Made by a program: the position numbers and the translations under genes
Shown here: piece after piece, positions 10,123 through 20,686 of the stretch
Position numbering within the stretch: position 1 is the stretch's first letter
Layout: every line of letters starts with the position of its first letter
Notes under the pieces: model-generated
Databases searched by the model: none
The model's input: the letters and a program-made list of their open reading frames with translations, nothing else
Told to the model about the DNA's origin: nothing
NCBI GenBank assembly: GCA_030549845.1
Contig: JAUQQN010000001.1
Coordinates: 6,879-70,878 of the forward strand
Source: Patescibacteria group bacterium
GTDB lineage: Bacteria > Patescibacteriota > Minisyncoccia > UBA6257 > HR35
Length of the DNA stretch: 64,000 nucleotides
Reading direction: 5' to 3'

Positions 10123-11025
10123 TTATATTTTTAGATATTTTTGAATAGCAATACTACTAGAAATTATTGTAATCAAAAATAAAAAGAAAAACAAAAGAAG
10201 ATTTATTTGCCAAAAGTTTATAAAATAAAATAGCTCTGGGTTTAATGTAACTAAAATGTTTCTCCAAAAACCCCTTGTTTTTATTAATATTAAAATAAAA
10301 ACTCCTTGAGCTAATAAAAATCCTATTATTAACGAAATTAACTGTGAAATAAGGAATGGTAATCTAATAAAATAATTGGGAGCCCCTATTAATCTGAAAA
10401 TTTCTATTTCTTCTTTTTGTGAATAAATAGAAAGCAAAGTAGAATTAAAAATTATTAAAGCATTAAATCCTACTATTAATATTAAAAATATTGCTAAAGA
10501 GTATTTTAATTGAGTAGAAATTTTTATAAATCTGTTTATAACTTCTCTATTTTCTGAATAAGTAAGAAAATCTATAATTGCCCTATAAGGTGAATGCTCC
10601 AAATAACTTGCTACTTCTTCGTATACCTCTGGTTTATCTGCTTTAATAACTAAATAATCAACAAAAGGATTAATTTTTAATTCATTCAAGGCTTTTAAAA
10701 TGGTTGGGTTTGCTAAAAATTTTGTTTGAAATTCTTGCCATGCTGTTTCTTTAGTTATAAAATTTACCCTTCTTACTCCTTGAAAATTTTCTAAAATATT
10801 TTTGAGTTTATTAATATCTTCTCTACTTGTATTTTCTTTAAAATAGACAGTAAAATCTAATTTAGTTTTTACATATTCTATACCTTCATTCATTACATAA
10901 TATGAAATTACAACAATAAAAATAAACAAAGTTGTAAGAAAAGTTATAAAAATATTAACTAAGCTTATTAAGGTTTTATTTCGAAATAAACCAAAGCCTT
11001 CTCGAAGGATTCTTATTATAAGCAT
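10123..11025 (-). CDS. ftsX: Cell division permease FtsX
   Basis: FtsX-like 4-TM topology with periplasmic loop; immediately downstream of ftsE. Confidence 0.8.
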   Translation of the reverse strand: MLIIRILREGFGLFRNKTLISLVNIFITFLTTLFIFIVVISYYVMNEGIEYVKTKLDFTVYFKENTSREDINKLKNILENFQGVRRVNFITKETAWQEFQTKFLANPTILKALNELKINPFVDYLVIKADKPEVYEEVASYLEHSPYRAIIDFLTYSENREVINRFIKISTQLKYSLAIFLILIVGFNALIIFNSTLLSIYSQKEEIEIFRLIGAPNYFIRLPFLISQLISLIIGFLLAQGVFILILIKTRGFWRNILVTLNPELFYFINFWQINLLLFFFLFLITIISSSIAIQKYLKI

Positions 11026-11040
11026 CTTTAAATTTTAACA

Positions 11041-11724
11041 TCAAACTAAAGTATACTTCCCAGGATTTTCATCTCTTACTATTCGACCTTGATGTAAGGT
11101 AATAACCCTTTTATTTAGATAATTCACTATATCCTTATGATGGGTAGCTAATATAACTGTAATTCCTTGTTGATTAATGTTCTTCAAAAGTTCTACAATT
11201 TCCATCGCAGAGATAGGATCCAAATTACCTGTTGGTTCATCTGCTAATAAAACTTCTGGGTTTGTAGATAATGCTCTTGCTATAGCTAATTTTTGTTTTT
11301 CACCACCAGATAAAAATTTTGCTAATATTTTTCTATGACTCCAAAGATCAATCATTCTTAAAAGTTCTTCTGTCTTTTTCATTATTTCTTTATTTGAAGC
11401 TCCAATAATTTCTAATGGCAATCGTAAATTGTCATATACAGTTCTATCTAGCAATAATTTAAACTCTTGAAATACAATTCCTATTTTTCTTCTAAGCTCA
11501 GAAAGGGTTTTACCTTTTATTTTTTTATATTCTAAATTTTTATAATAAATAGTTCCTTCGGTGGGAGTTTCTTCTTTTCTTATTAATTTTAAAATTGTCG
11601 TCTTACCTGCGCCGGATCTACCTACAAATATCACAAATTCACCACTTTTGATTTCAAAAGATGCTTTTTCTACAGCTACTATGTTAGGATAATAAATTTT
11701 AGTTACATTTCTGAAAATTATCAT
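11041..11724 (-). CDS. ftsE: Cell division ATP-binding protein FtsE
   Basis: Walker A GRSGAGKTT, ABC signature LSGGEKQKLAIARAL, Walker B LLADEPTGNLD. Confidence 0.85.
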   Translation of the reverse strand: MIIFRNVTKIYYPNIVAVEKASFEIKSGEFVIFVGRSGAGKTTILKLIRKEETPTEGTIYYKNLEYKKIKGKTLSELRRKIGIVFQEFKLLLDRTVYDNLRLPLEIIGASNKEIMKKTEELLRMIDLWSHRKILAKFLSGGEKQKLAIARALSTNPEVLLADEPTGNLDPISAMEIVELLKNINQQGITVILATHHKDIVNYLNKRVITLHQGRIVRDENPGKYTLV

Positions 11725-11726
11725 TT

Positions 11727-12747
11727 TTAAGTTAACAAAGCCCCTAATGGATGAATTAATTCTAAATGACCTTCTAAAACTTCAATTAATTTATTTGTTT
11801 CATAACCAAATTGATGATCATTTACTAATTTATAAGGATCCATAATGTAAGATCTTTTTTGATGCCCCCAACTTATTTCTATTTTTTTGCCTTTTAATTC
11901 TTCTATTTTTTTAACTTTCATTTCTTGTAAATAATTATAAATTCTTGATTTCAAAATCTTTAAAGCAATCTCTTTGTTTTGATGCTGTGTTCGTTCACTT
12001 TGACAAGTTACTGTTATGTTTAATGGTTTATATCTAACCCTTACAGCTGTTTCTACTTTATTTACATTTTGACCTCCTTTACCGCTTGATCTAAATGTTT
12101 CAATTTCTAAGTCTTCTTCTCTAATTTCAATTTTGGGTTCTTCAATTAATGGTAAAACCTCAACATATGCAAAACTTGTATGTCGCAAGCCTTTTGCAGA
12201 AAAGGGTGAAATTCTTACTAATCTATGAACTCCTTTCTCAAATTTTAGAATTGGATAACAATTTTTAGTATCTATTTTCATTTCAACATATCTATAACCA
12301 CCATATTCATTTTTGTTTTCGTCAGTAATTCTAAAAGCAATATTTTGATTTTCAAAAAATTTTGAATACATCCGAAGCAAAATACTTACCCAATCTTCAG
12401 CATCTTTCCCACCAGTGCCAGCATAAATATTCATTATAACAGGACTTGATTTATATTCATCATCTTTCAGGCAATAGTTAAAATATATGTCTTTTAATAT
12501 ATTTTTAGCTTCAAGGTAATTTTCCTTTTCTAAATTTTCTTTTAAAGTTTCAAGCTTTTCTTTAAAGGATTTCAAAAATTCATATTCCTCTAAAACCTTA
12601 AAATTCCCTTCATTTTCCCAAAATTTTGGATTTTCTATCTCTTTTTCTATTTTTTCTATCTCTTTGACTTTTTCAAAAACAGCCCTCCAAAAACTGGAGG
12701 GTTCTTAACCAAATTTGGTTTTTTATTTGAATATTTACTATGTTCAT
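11727..12747 (-). CDS. prfB: Peptide chain release factor 2, with programmed +1 frameshift at ~12674-12680
   Basis: SPF and GGQ motifs in the track ORF (11727..12575). A frame-0 leader from ATG 12745-12747 (MNIVNIQIKNQIWLRTLQFLEGCF) ends at UGA in the context GGAGGG-CUG-UUU-UGA-A. The +1 frame continues ...EKVKEIEKIEKEIENPKFWENEGNF..., the RF2 N-domain. Confidence 0.85.
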
Positions 12748-12794
12748 AGTAAAAATTATAAAATATAATTGTAATTAAGTTATAATTTTAAATA

Positions 12795-12882
12795 GGAGGG
12801 TTGTGCCGAATGGTAAGGCGACGGCCTGCTAAGCCGTGCTCCCACTTTAGGGAGCTTGCGGGTTCGAGTCCCGCACCCTCCG
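12795..12882 (+). tRNA. tRNA-Ser (anticodon GCU), class II with long variable arm
   Basis: Acceptor stem GGAGGGT/ACCCTCC, anticodon loop CUGCUAA, long variable arm GCUCCCACUUUAGGGAGCU, T-arm GGGTTCGAGTCCC; CCA not encoded. Confidence 0.9.
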
Positions 12883-12916
12883 CTTTTTAAGCAGCTCTAA
12901 AAAGCTAATAAAAATA

Positions 12917-14533
12917 ATGAGTTTTTCAAAAAATAAATGTTTAAAAATTCAAAGTTTTACTCTTTTGGAACTAATAATCTCAATTTTAATTTTAGGAATT
13001 TTAACATCTCTTATTGTCAAAATAACCAAACCATCAGAATTTTTTTCAAACTTACGAGATACAAATAGATTTACAAATCTCAAAAAAATCGAAGAGATGA
13101 TTAATATTAAAATTGCTTCTTCACCTTATTTTAATGTATCACAATTTGCTTCTTCTAATGTAATTTATATTTCTTTACCAGATGAATCTCCTACTTGTAC
13201 GAGCTACATAAATGATCTTCCTGCTCTTCCTTCGGGTTGGACTTACAGATGTTCGCCAAATCCAGAAAATATAGATGGGACGGGATGGATTCCTCTAAAT
13301 TTGCAGGATGTTAGCAATATTAATAAACTGCCCATTGACCCAAGAAATACACCAGGGAGTTTTTATTCTCTTATTATAGGAGACAATTCTTTCAAATTAA
13401 CTGCAACCCTAGAAAATGAAAAAAATAAAAAGGAATTGGCTGCAAAAGATGGTGGAATTAATGATAATGTTTTAGAGTTAGGAGATTCAAAACTAAAGAT
13501 ACCTTTATGTTTTCTTGTATATCAAAATCCCATCGAAACTACTACATTAATTTCGATTTTTCTAGCAGGAGATAGGCCATGGACGGATATGGATGCAAAT
13601 GACAAATATTTATTTTATAATGAATTTTATGATTCACCACCCGAAAACCATATAATAGATATAACTAATCCTAAAAATCCTATTGATGTCATAAGATCAG
13701 TCTATCCTCAACCATCTACACAATATAACTGGCGTCCGGGTCAAGGTGTTCAAGGCCCAGAAGCTATTAAAGACAATTACATATTTTTTTATAATAGATC
13801 AACTGGGAAATTAGAAATATATGACTTTTCAAACCCACTGCCCAAACCTACTTTAGTTAGTTCTGTTTCTTTGCCTGCCTCATGGCCAGAGGCTGTCATA
13901 ATAAGAGATAATCTGGTTTATACATTAAACCAAGGAGGGCAGATTAGAATTATAGATATTTCAACCATTACTTCTCCTACTGTAATTGGAATGTATGATA
14001 TAGGTGTTACTGCTAGAGCAATGAAAGAAAAAAATGGATATTTATTTGTTACTACTGATGGAACTTATAATTTTAGAATTTTTGATGCAAGAAACCCCTC
14101 AAACATAACACAAATAAGTGCTCTTTCATTGGCGGGGGCTAGTTATTACCATATTCAATTAGAAGTATATGAAAATGCAGCTTACGTTGTAGCTAATAAT
14201 AGAATAATGTATGTAATTAATATATCAAATCCTGCTTCACCAAACGTAGTAAAAATAATAAACACACAATACACCCCAATTGATCCAGGTAATGCTTTAG
14301 AAGCTGTAGAAATATTTAAGGAAAAAAGATTATATGGAGGAGGGGGAGATACAACTGAAGGAGTAATTGAGGTTTTCGATATCTCTAATCCCTTAGAACC
14401 TAACTCATTAGGTACTATACTAACAGGAGAAAATGCTTTTGTTCGTACATTAAAAATTAAAAATTGTCATATTTATATTGGAACAAGACCAACACATGAC
14501 ATAAGAATTTTCCAAATAGGGAGAAAATATTAA
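12917..14533 (+). CDS. Type IV pilin-like (prepilin N-terminal methylation motif) protein with large beta-propeller-like C-terminal domain
   Basis: N-terminus FTLLELIISILILGILTSLIV (class III signal), then repeated LVYTxxxGG.IRIIDIS / YLFVTTDG motifs. Confidence 0.65.
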   Translation: MSFSKNKCLKIQSFTLLELIISILILGILTSLIVKITKPSEFFSNLRDTNRFTNLKKIEEMINIKIASSPYFNVSQFASSNVIYISLPDESPTCTSYINDLPALPSGWTYRCSPNPENIDGTGWIPLNLQDVSNINKLPIDPRNTPGSFYSLIIGDNSFKLTATLENEKNKKELAAKDGGINDNVLELGDSKLKIPLCFLVYQNPIETTTLISIFLAGDRPWTDMDANDKYLFYNEFYDSPPENHIIDITNPKNPIDVIRSVYPQPSTQYNWRPGQGVQGPEAIKDNYIFFYNRSTGKLEIYDFSNPLPKPTLVSSVSLPASWPEAVIIRDNLVYTLNQGGQIRIIDISTITSPTVIGMYDIGVTARAMKEKNGYLFVTTDGTYNFRIFDARNPSNITQISALSLAGASYYHIQLEVYENAAYVVANNRIMYVINISNPASPNVVKIINTQYTPIDPGNALEAVEIFKEKRLYGGGGDTTEGVIEVFDISNPLEPNSLGTILTGENAFVRTLKIKNCHIYIGTRPTHDIRIFQIGRKY

Positions 14534-14915
14534 AGTTATATTTACTTTTTGTCACTATTCTTTTAAATTTTTCAGTTAATTTTATCTATAATTCCTCCCT
14601 AATTAATGACCTATTTTTTAAAATTAATAATTTAAAAATTTTTAAATTTAATTTTTAAAACGAAATTCTAAACAAATCATTTTCAATAAACCAACAAAAG
14701 GAACAAATAAAATTAAACTTTTAAACATTTATTTGTCAAAGATTAATATTCATTTTGATATTATTTTTACTTCAAAGCTTTCTCCTCATAGATATTAAAA
14801 TTTTTTAAATTATTGAAATAAATTTAAAATTAGCTTCTGTAAAAGTAGCAAAAATTAAGTAAAAGTTTTTTCATAACTACAAAATTAAAGCGAAAATCTT
14901 TTTTAAGTATAAAAG

Positions 14916-15437
14916 TTAAGGTAAAATTGCTAAAGAATTATTAAAGCGATTAATATAATTAAAGAAGCACATTACAGATATTATTTCTATAATCTGTTTC
15001 GGGCTAAATTTTTCTTTTAATTTTTGAAACAATTCTGGTTTATCTAAATGACCATCTAGTGTTATATCTTTAATCAACTCAAAAATTTCTTTTTCAGCAT
15101 CGGTCTCTCCTTCAGCATTTTTTATTTTTTCAATAGTTTCATTAGAAAGACCAAAAGATAACAGCATTTTCTCTGAAACATCTATACAAAAAGGACATTT
15201 TAAGGTTTGAGAAACAACTAATGCTATTTTCCACTTCAAAATAGAATCTATTTCGCTTTCTCTTTTCATAATAACTTCAAAAAGCTCGACAAATGCTTTT
15301 AAAATTAATGGATCATAAGCCATCACTTTTACCCATTGGGGTATTTTTCCTGTAGCTTTTTCAAATTTTTCATAAACTTCTCGCGCAATGGTATCTACTT
15401 GTTCTTTTGGCAAGGGTGGTAAAAATGGGATTTCCAT
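14916..15437 (-). CDS. Carboxymuconolactone decarboxylase / AhpD-like family protein
   Basis: CPFCI (CxxC-type AhpD motif) and overall CMD-family size. Confidence 0.6.
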   Translation of the reverse strand: MEIPFLPPLPKEQVDTIAREVYEKFEKATGKIPQWVKVMAYDPLILKAFVELFEVIMKRESEIDSILKWKIALVVSQTLKCPFCIDVSEKMLLSFGLSNETIEKIKNAEGETDAEKEIFELIKDITLDGHLDKPELFQKLKEKFSPKQIIEIISVMCFFNYINRFNNSLAILP

Positions 15438-15566
15438 TAAATAATTATATAATAATTGTTATTTTAGCATGGGTTTTACTTCAAAAAATGAATTTCAAAT
15501 ATGTTTTGTGTCATTATTTAAACTTTTAATACTTTCAATATAATTTATTAAAATTAAAAAAACACC

Positions 15567-16844
15567 ATGAGTATTTATGAAAACACTCTTAAAAGATTAG
15601 AAGAAATTAAAGATTTAATAATAGAAAAGGGAGAATCAGAAAACAAAGTTGATGAAGTCTTTCAAATATTAAAAATACCACAAAGAATAATCAAGGTTAA
15701 CCTTCCCCTACGAAAAGATAATGGAAAATTAGAAATATACGAAGGTTATAGAGTTCAACATAATAATTTTTTAGGCCCATATAAAGGAGGTATAAGATAT
15801 TTATTACAGGTTGATGAAGATGAAATAAAAACTTTAGCTTTATTAATGACATTGAAGTGTGCATTAGTAAATTTGCCATTAGGAGGTGCTAAGGGTGGGA
15901 TTAAAGTGGATCCTAAAGCTTTATCAGAAAATGAACTTGAAAAACTTTCAAGAGAATATGTAAGAAAAATTTACGATTTTATAGGTCCCGATAAAGATAT
16001 TCCTGCTCCAGATATAAATACAAACTCAAAAATAATGGACTGGATGGTTGATGAATATTTAAAAATTAAAGGAGAAAAAAAGGAGGTTTTTAAAGCAGCA
16101 TTTACAGGAAAATCTCTAGAGAATGATGGCATTGAAGGAAGAGAGGAGGCAACTGGCAAGGGAGGAGAAATTATTTTGGAAGCACTAATTAAAAAATTAG
16201 GTCTTAAAAAACCACTTACTGTTGCCATTCAAGGTTTTGGTAATGTTGGTTACAATGTAGCTAAATTTTTATATAAAAGGGGTTATAAAATAATTGCAAT
16301 TACTGATAGTAAAGCAGGAATATATTCCAAAAATGGACTAAACCCAGAAATGATGATAATATGGAAAAAGGAGAAAGGGAGTTTTGATGATTATAAAATT
16401 TCAAAGTCAAATTCTGAATATAAGATAAAGAATGAAGAAATTTTTAATTTAGAAGTAGATGTATTAATTCCTGCAGCAATTGAAAACGTAATTACTGGAA
16501 ATAATGCTAATAATATAAAATCAAAAATCATTTTAGAAATGGCAAACAATCCATTGACAGAAGAAGCAGAAAAAATTTTAGATTCTAGAGGTATTTTAAT
16601 AGTACCAGATATACTAGCTAACGTTGGAGGTGTAATTGTTTCATATTTTGAAATGTTACAAAATATTGAGGGAAAAAGATGGAGTAAAGAAAAAGTTTTC
16701 AAGGAATTAACGAATATTTTAGAAAATACCTTTCAAGAAGTGTGGCAAATAAGTAAAAAATTTAATACAAATTTTAGAAAGGCCTCTTTATTTCTTGCAG
16801 TAAAGAGAATTTATAAAAGATACTTAGAACTAGGGAGCTATTAG
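15567..16844 (+). CDS. gdh: Glutamate dehydrogenase (Glu/Leu/Phe/Val dehydrogenase family)
   Basis: Catalytic GGAKGG and NAD-binding QGFGNVG motifs. Confidence 0.85.
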   Translation: MSIYENTLKRLEEIKDLIIEKGESENKVDEVFQILKIPQRIIKVNLPLRKDNGKLEIYEGYRVQHNNFLGPYKGGIRYLLQVDEDEIKTLALLMTLKCALVNLPLGGAKGGIKVDPKALSENELEKLSREYVRKIYDFIGPDKDIPAPDINTNSKIMDWMVDEYLKIKGEKKEVFKAAFTGKSLENDGIEGREEATGKGGEIILEALIKKLGLKKPLTVAIQGFGNVGYNVAKFLYKRGYKIIAITDSKAGIYSKNGLNPEMMIIWKKEKGSFDDYKISKSNSEYKIKNEEIFNLEVDVLIPAAIENVITGNNANNIKSKIILEMANNPLTEEAEKILDSRGILIVPDILANVGGVIVSYFEMLQNIEGKRWSKEKVFKELTNILENTFQEVWQISKKFNTNFRKASLFLAVKRIYKRYLELGSY

Positions 16845-16878
16845 GGTCTTTACTTCATATTTAGTTTAATATAATTAC

Positions 16879-18090
16879 TTACTCATATCTTAATGCTTCT
16901 ATGGGATCAAGATTAGCAGCTTTTTTAGCAGGATAATAACCAAAAATTATTCCAATAGAAGTTGAAACTAAAATTGAAATTAATATTGCTTTATAAGAAA
17001 TAATAATTGTTATATTTGTTATTTTACCTACAAATATAGTAATACAACTTCCCAAAATTATGCCCACCGCACCACCAATCAAAGTTATAAATACAGATTC
17101 CAAAAGGATTTGATTCAAAATATTCTTATTTTTAGCACCAATAGCTTTTCTTAAACCAATTTCTCTTGTTCTTTCAGTAACACTAGTTAACATCATATTC
17201 ATAATACCTATCCCGCCAACAATCAGCGAAATCCCAGCAATAAAAGAAAGGAAAATTGTAAAAGTATTAATAACAGAAGTTAAGGTAGTTAAAATATCTT
17301 CTTGTGAAAAAATAGAAAAATCTGGTTCAGTAACTTTATGAAGCTCTGTTAACCTTATTTCTATTTCTTCTCTAACTTTTTCAATATTTTCTTTACTATC
17401 TACTTTTACAGTTATTGAATTAAAATATTCAGTACCAGCTAATTGTTTTTGCATTACAGTATAAGGAACCAAAATAAAATCGTCATAACTTACAAAACCA
17501 GCTGATCCTTTAGGTTGCATAACTCCTATTACCCTAAAACTTAAATTATTTATTCTAATTTTTCTTCCTAAAGGATCAATATCACCAAATAAATCTTTAG
17601 CAACATTGCTTCCTAACACAGCTACTTTAGAAAATGACCTTATATTTTCGTTAGTAATTTGGTCACCTTCAGCAATTTGTATATTTCTTACTTGAAAAAA
17701 TTCAGGAGCGATTCCTAATACTGTTGAGTTTATATTATTACCAATATCAGAAACAATTTGAAATCTTCTTTGAACCTCTGGAGAAACAGCGCTTACGTTT
17801 TCAATTTTTTTTATTTCTTCAACGTCTTTTATTTTCAAAACCTCTGCACTACCACGACCACTAGCTACAAATCCTCTTCCTGGCTGTACTATACCTGGGA
17901 AAACAATTAAATTATTTGAACCTAAGCTTTCGATACTTTGCTGAATACTAACTTTTGAGCCTTCTCCTAATGAAATCATAGAAATTACAGAAGCGACACC
18001 AATTATGATACCAAGCATTGTAAGCCCTGTTCTTAACTTATTTGACTTCAACGAACTTAAGCTTTCTTTTAATAAATCATTAAATTTCAT
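16879..18090 (-). CDS. macB: ABC transporter permease, MacB/FtsX-like
   Basis: N-terminal TM, large periplasmic domain, C-terminal FtsX-like 3-TM bundle; overlaps upstream ATPase gene by 11 nt. Confidence 0.75.
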   Translation of the reverse strand: MKFNDLLKESLSSLKSNKLRTGLTMLGIIIGVASVISMISLGEGSKVSIQQSIESLGSNNLIVFPGIVQPGRGFVASGRGSAEVLKIKDVEEIKKIENVSAVSPEVQRRFQIVSDIGNNINSTVLGIAPEFFQVRNIQIAEGDQITNENIRSFSKVAVLGSNVAKDLFGDIDPLGRKIRINNLSFRVIGVMQPKGSAGFVSYDDFILVPYTVMQKQLAGTEYFNSITVKVDSKENIEKVREEIEIRLTELHKVTEPDFSIFSQEDILTTLTSVINTFTIFLSFIAGISLIVGGIGIMNMMLTSVTERTREIGLRKAIGAKNKNILNQILLESVFITLIGGAVGIILGSCITIFVGKITNITIIISYKAILISILVSTSIGIIFGYYPAKKAANLDPIEALRYE

Positions 18091-18796
18091 TATTGTGATA
18101 TAAAATTTTTCTATTTTTTACTTCTTCTTCAGCAATAATTTCTCCATCTCTTATTTTAATAATTTTTTCAGCATGTTGAGCAATATATTCTTCATGGGTA
18201 ATTAAAACAATCGTTATGCCTTTTTCAAAATTAAGTTTTTGTAAAGTATGCATAATAATTTCTCCAGTTTTAGTATCTAAATTACCTGTAGGCTCATCAG
18301 CTAAGATTATTTCTGGATCATTAACTAAAGCTCTAGCAATAGCAACCCTTTGCATCATTCCTCCAGAAAGTTGATTTGGATAATGATATATAAAATTTTC
18401 TGGGAAAGCAGAAGCTTTTAGGGCTTCTTTAGCTTTTTCTATTCTTAGTTTTGAATTTAGTCCACTATAAATTGTTGGCAAAATTACATTTTCTAAAACA
18501 TTTTTTCTAGGAAGCAAATAAAAAGCTTGAAAAACAAATCCGATTTTTTTATTCCTCAATTTGGCAAGATCATCATCGTCTAACTTATTAACATTAACTC
18601 CTTCTAAAAAGTATTCACCAGATGTTGGTCTATCTAACAACCCAATAATATGCATTAAAGTTGATTTACCAGAACCAGATGGTCCCATTATTGCTACAAA
18701 TTCACCTTTATTTATTTTTAGATTTACATTTTTAAGAGCTATAGTTTCTACTTCGCCAGTTTTATAAATTTTCGTTATGTTTTTAAGTTCTATCAT
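18080..18796 (-). CDS. ABC transporter ATP-binding protein (MacB/LolD-type)
   Basis: GPSGSGKST, LSGGMMQRVAIARAL, ILADEPTGNLD. Confidence 0.85.
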   Translation of the reverse strand: MIELKNITKIYKTGEVETIALKNVNLKINKGEFVAIMGPSGSGKSTLMHIIGLLDRPTSGEYFLEGVNVNKLDDDDLAKLRNKKIGFVFQAFYLLPRKNVLENVILPTIYSGLNSKLRIEKAKEALKASAFPENFIYHYPNQLSGGMMQRVAIARALVNDPEIILADEPTGNLDTKTGEIIMHTLQKLNFEKGITIVLITHEEYIAQHAEKIIKIRDGEIIAEEEVKNRKILYHNNEI

Positions 18797-20523
18797 TGTC
18801 TAATTCCAGGAGAACGAATAAATCTTCTTGGCTGAGGGAAAAGTTTTTGAAATAAGCCTTCATTTTGGTTAGTAGAAATTATTTGAGCGTTTGTTAAAGA
18901 TTTAACTATAATCCATTCTCCCTCTTCTAAGCCTTTTAAAATTTCAACATTCTTTTCATCACTTAGGCCTGTTTCAATAAACTTTTTCTGTGGTGGATAA
19001 TTTAAATTAACATTAATTATTTTTTCAATATTTCTTTCTTTATTAAGTGTTGTAAGGTTACTTAAATTAGAAAATCTCTGGTTTAAAATAGCTATATCTC
19101 TTTCGTCTGGCACTTCAACGTATTTTCGATTTTTAAACATTTTAACAGCTTGATTAGGAACAATTAAAACATTATTTTTTCCTTCAACGGCAATATCAGC
19201 ATTAACAGTCATGCCTATTTTTACTTTAGGATTATTCTCAAAAGCAATTTTAACTTTATAACTAACTACCCCCTGAGAAATTTCACCAATTGGATCTATA
19301 GAAATAATTTTTCCTTTTAATTGAAAATTAGGTAAAGCATCGAAGGTTAAAATGACATCATTTCCAATTTTTATTTCAGCTGCATCTACTTCATTAAGTT
19401 TAACTTCAGCAATTTTATCTAAAGATTGGATGGTTAACAAAACTTGAGATGGATTCACATAGTCATTTATCTTAACATTCATTTGAGAAATATAACCAGT
19501 AACTGGTGAGTAAATAACATAATCTTTCAAGTCGTCTCTTAAATCTTGAATTTTAATTTCTAATTGCTTAATATTAATTTGGGTATTTTTAATATCTAAA
19601 TCCAAACTATTAAGATTATCATAAAAAGCGTTACTTTTATTAATATAATCGCCGAAATTATTTAAGTAAACAAGAAAAGTAGAATAAAGTTCATTTAAAT
19701 TATTTATATGCTCATTAATTGTATCTTGAAAAATATGCTGTTGTTGATTAAATATTGAACTTTCTTTAATAGACCTAATTTTATCTAAGCCAAATTTTAT
19801 TAAATTAAGATACTCAAGGGTTAAGTTGTAATAATCTTTAATAAAATTCTGATCTATCTCAGAAGGTTCACTTTTTATAAGATTAAATTTAGAGGCAAGC
19901 TTTAAATACCTCTCTTTTAAGGAGTCGAAGGTTTTTTTAATCTTATCAGTTTGTAATTGGTAGTCTTTATTATAATAGCTAAGATAATATTCCAAATTAT
20001 TTTTAATATAAGTTACTTTTGGAAAATCATTACTAAAGTAAATCTTATTTAATCTATCATGAGCTATAGGCAGTTTCTCTGTAAATTCTGAAATAATACT
20101 AAGATATGATTCATTTAATTTTCTTAAATCATCACTTCTTTGTAATTGTTCTTTCTTTTGAAGTAATTTTTCAAGGTTGATTTTTTGAGATTCTAGATTA
20201 AACTCTAGATCCCGAATTTGTTTTTCTAAATCAGTGGAATCAATTTTTGCCAATAATTCACCTCTTTTTACTAAATCTCCTTCTTTGAATGGTAAATATA
20301 TTATTTTGCCACTGACTTGAGATCTAACATCAAATGACTCAATAGAGACTATATTACCACTTCCAGAAACAGTTTTCTGAATAGATCCTCTAGTTACTTG
20401 AGTTATAGCAAAAAGATTGTTGTTTTTCTTAATTATAAGTTTTTTATAAATATAATATCCGCCAACAAGAATTGAAGCTATAATAAACAAAAGAAAAAAC
20501 TTGTTTTTGAATATTTTAAACAT
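18793..20523 (-). CDS. HlyD/MacA-family periplasmic efflux adaptor with extended coiled coil
   Basis: N-terminal TM anchor, lipoyl/barrel segments flanking a long coiled coil; same operon as the ABC pair. Confidence 0.7.
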   Translation of the reverse strand: MFKIFKNKFFLLFIIASILVGGYYIYKKLIIKKNNNLFAITQVTRGSIQKTVSGSGNIVSIESFDVRSQVSGKIIYLPFKEGDLVKRGELLAKIDSTDLEKQIRDLEFNLESQKINLEKLLQKKEQLQRSDDLRKLNESYLSIISEFTEKLPIAHDRLNKIYFSNDFPKVTYIKNNLEYYLSYYNKDYQLQTDKIKKTFDSLKERYLKLASKFNLIKSEPSEIDQNFIKDYYNLTLEYLNLIKFGLDKIRSIKESSIFNQQQHIFQDTINEHINNLNELYSTFLVYLNNFGDYINKSNAFYDNLNSLDLDIKNTQINIKQLEIKIQDLRDDLKDYVIYSPVTGYISQMNVKINDYVNPSQVLLTIQSLDKIAEVKLNEVDAAEIKIGNDVILTFDALPNFQLKGKIISIDPIGEISQGVVSYKVKIAFENNPKVKIGMTVNADIAVEGKNNVLIVPNQAVKMFKNRKYVEVPDERDIAILNQRFSNLSNLTTLNKERNIEKIINVNLNYPPQKKFIETGLSDEKNVEILKGLEEGEWIIVKSLTNAQIISTNQNEGLFQKLFPQPRRFIRSPGIRQ

Positions 20524-20597
20524 TCTTAAAATTATAAAACTATTTAATTATAACCCTAATAACTTTATTATCCTACATTATAAAATTTTGGTAATAT

Positions 20598-20624
20598 AAT
20601 TTTGGTAATCAGATTACGAAAATT
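20598..20624. repeat. P1 palindrome copy A (TTTTGGTAATCAGATTACGAAAA)
   Basis: Perfect inverted repeat 11+1+11; ~80 bp upstream of the efflux operon start and downstream of the GxxExxY gene. Confidence 0.9.
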
Positions 20625-20686
20625 CGTAAATAATTATTATCTAGAAACGATCAATTTCTATACTCAAGTTACAAAAATATAAGTTT

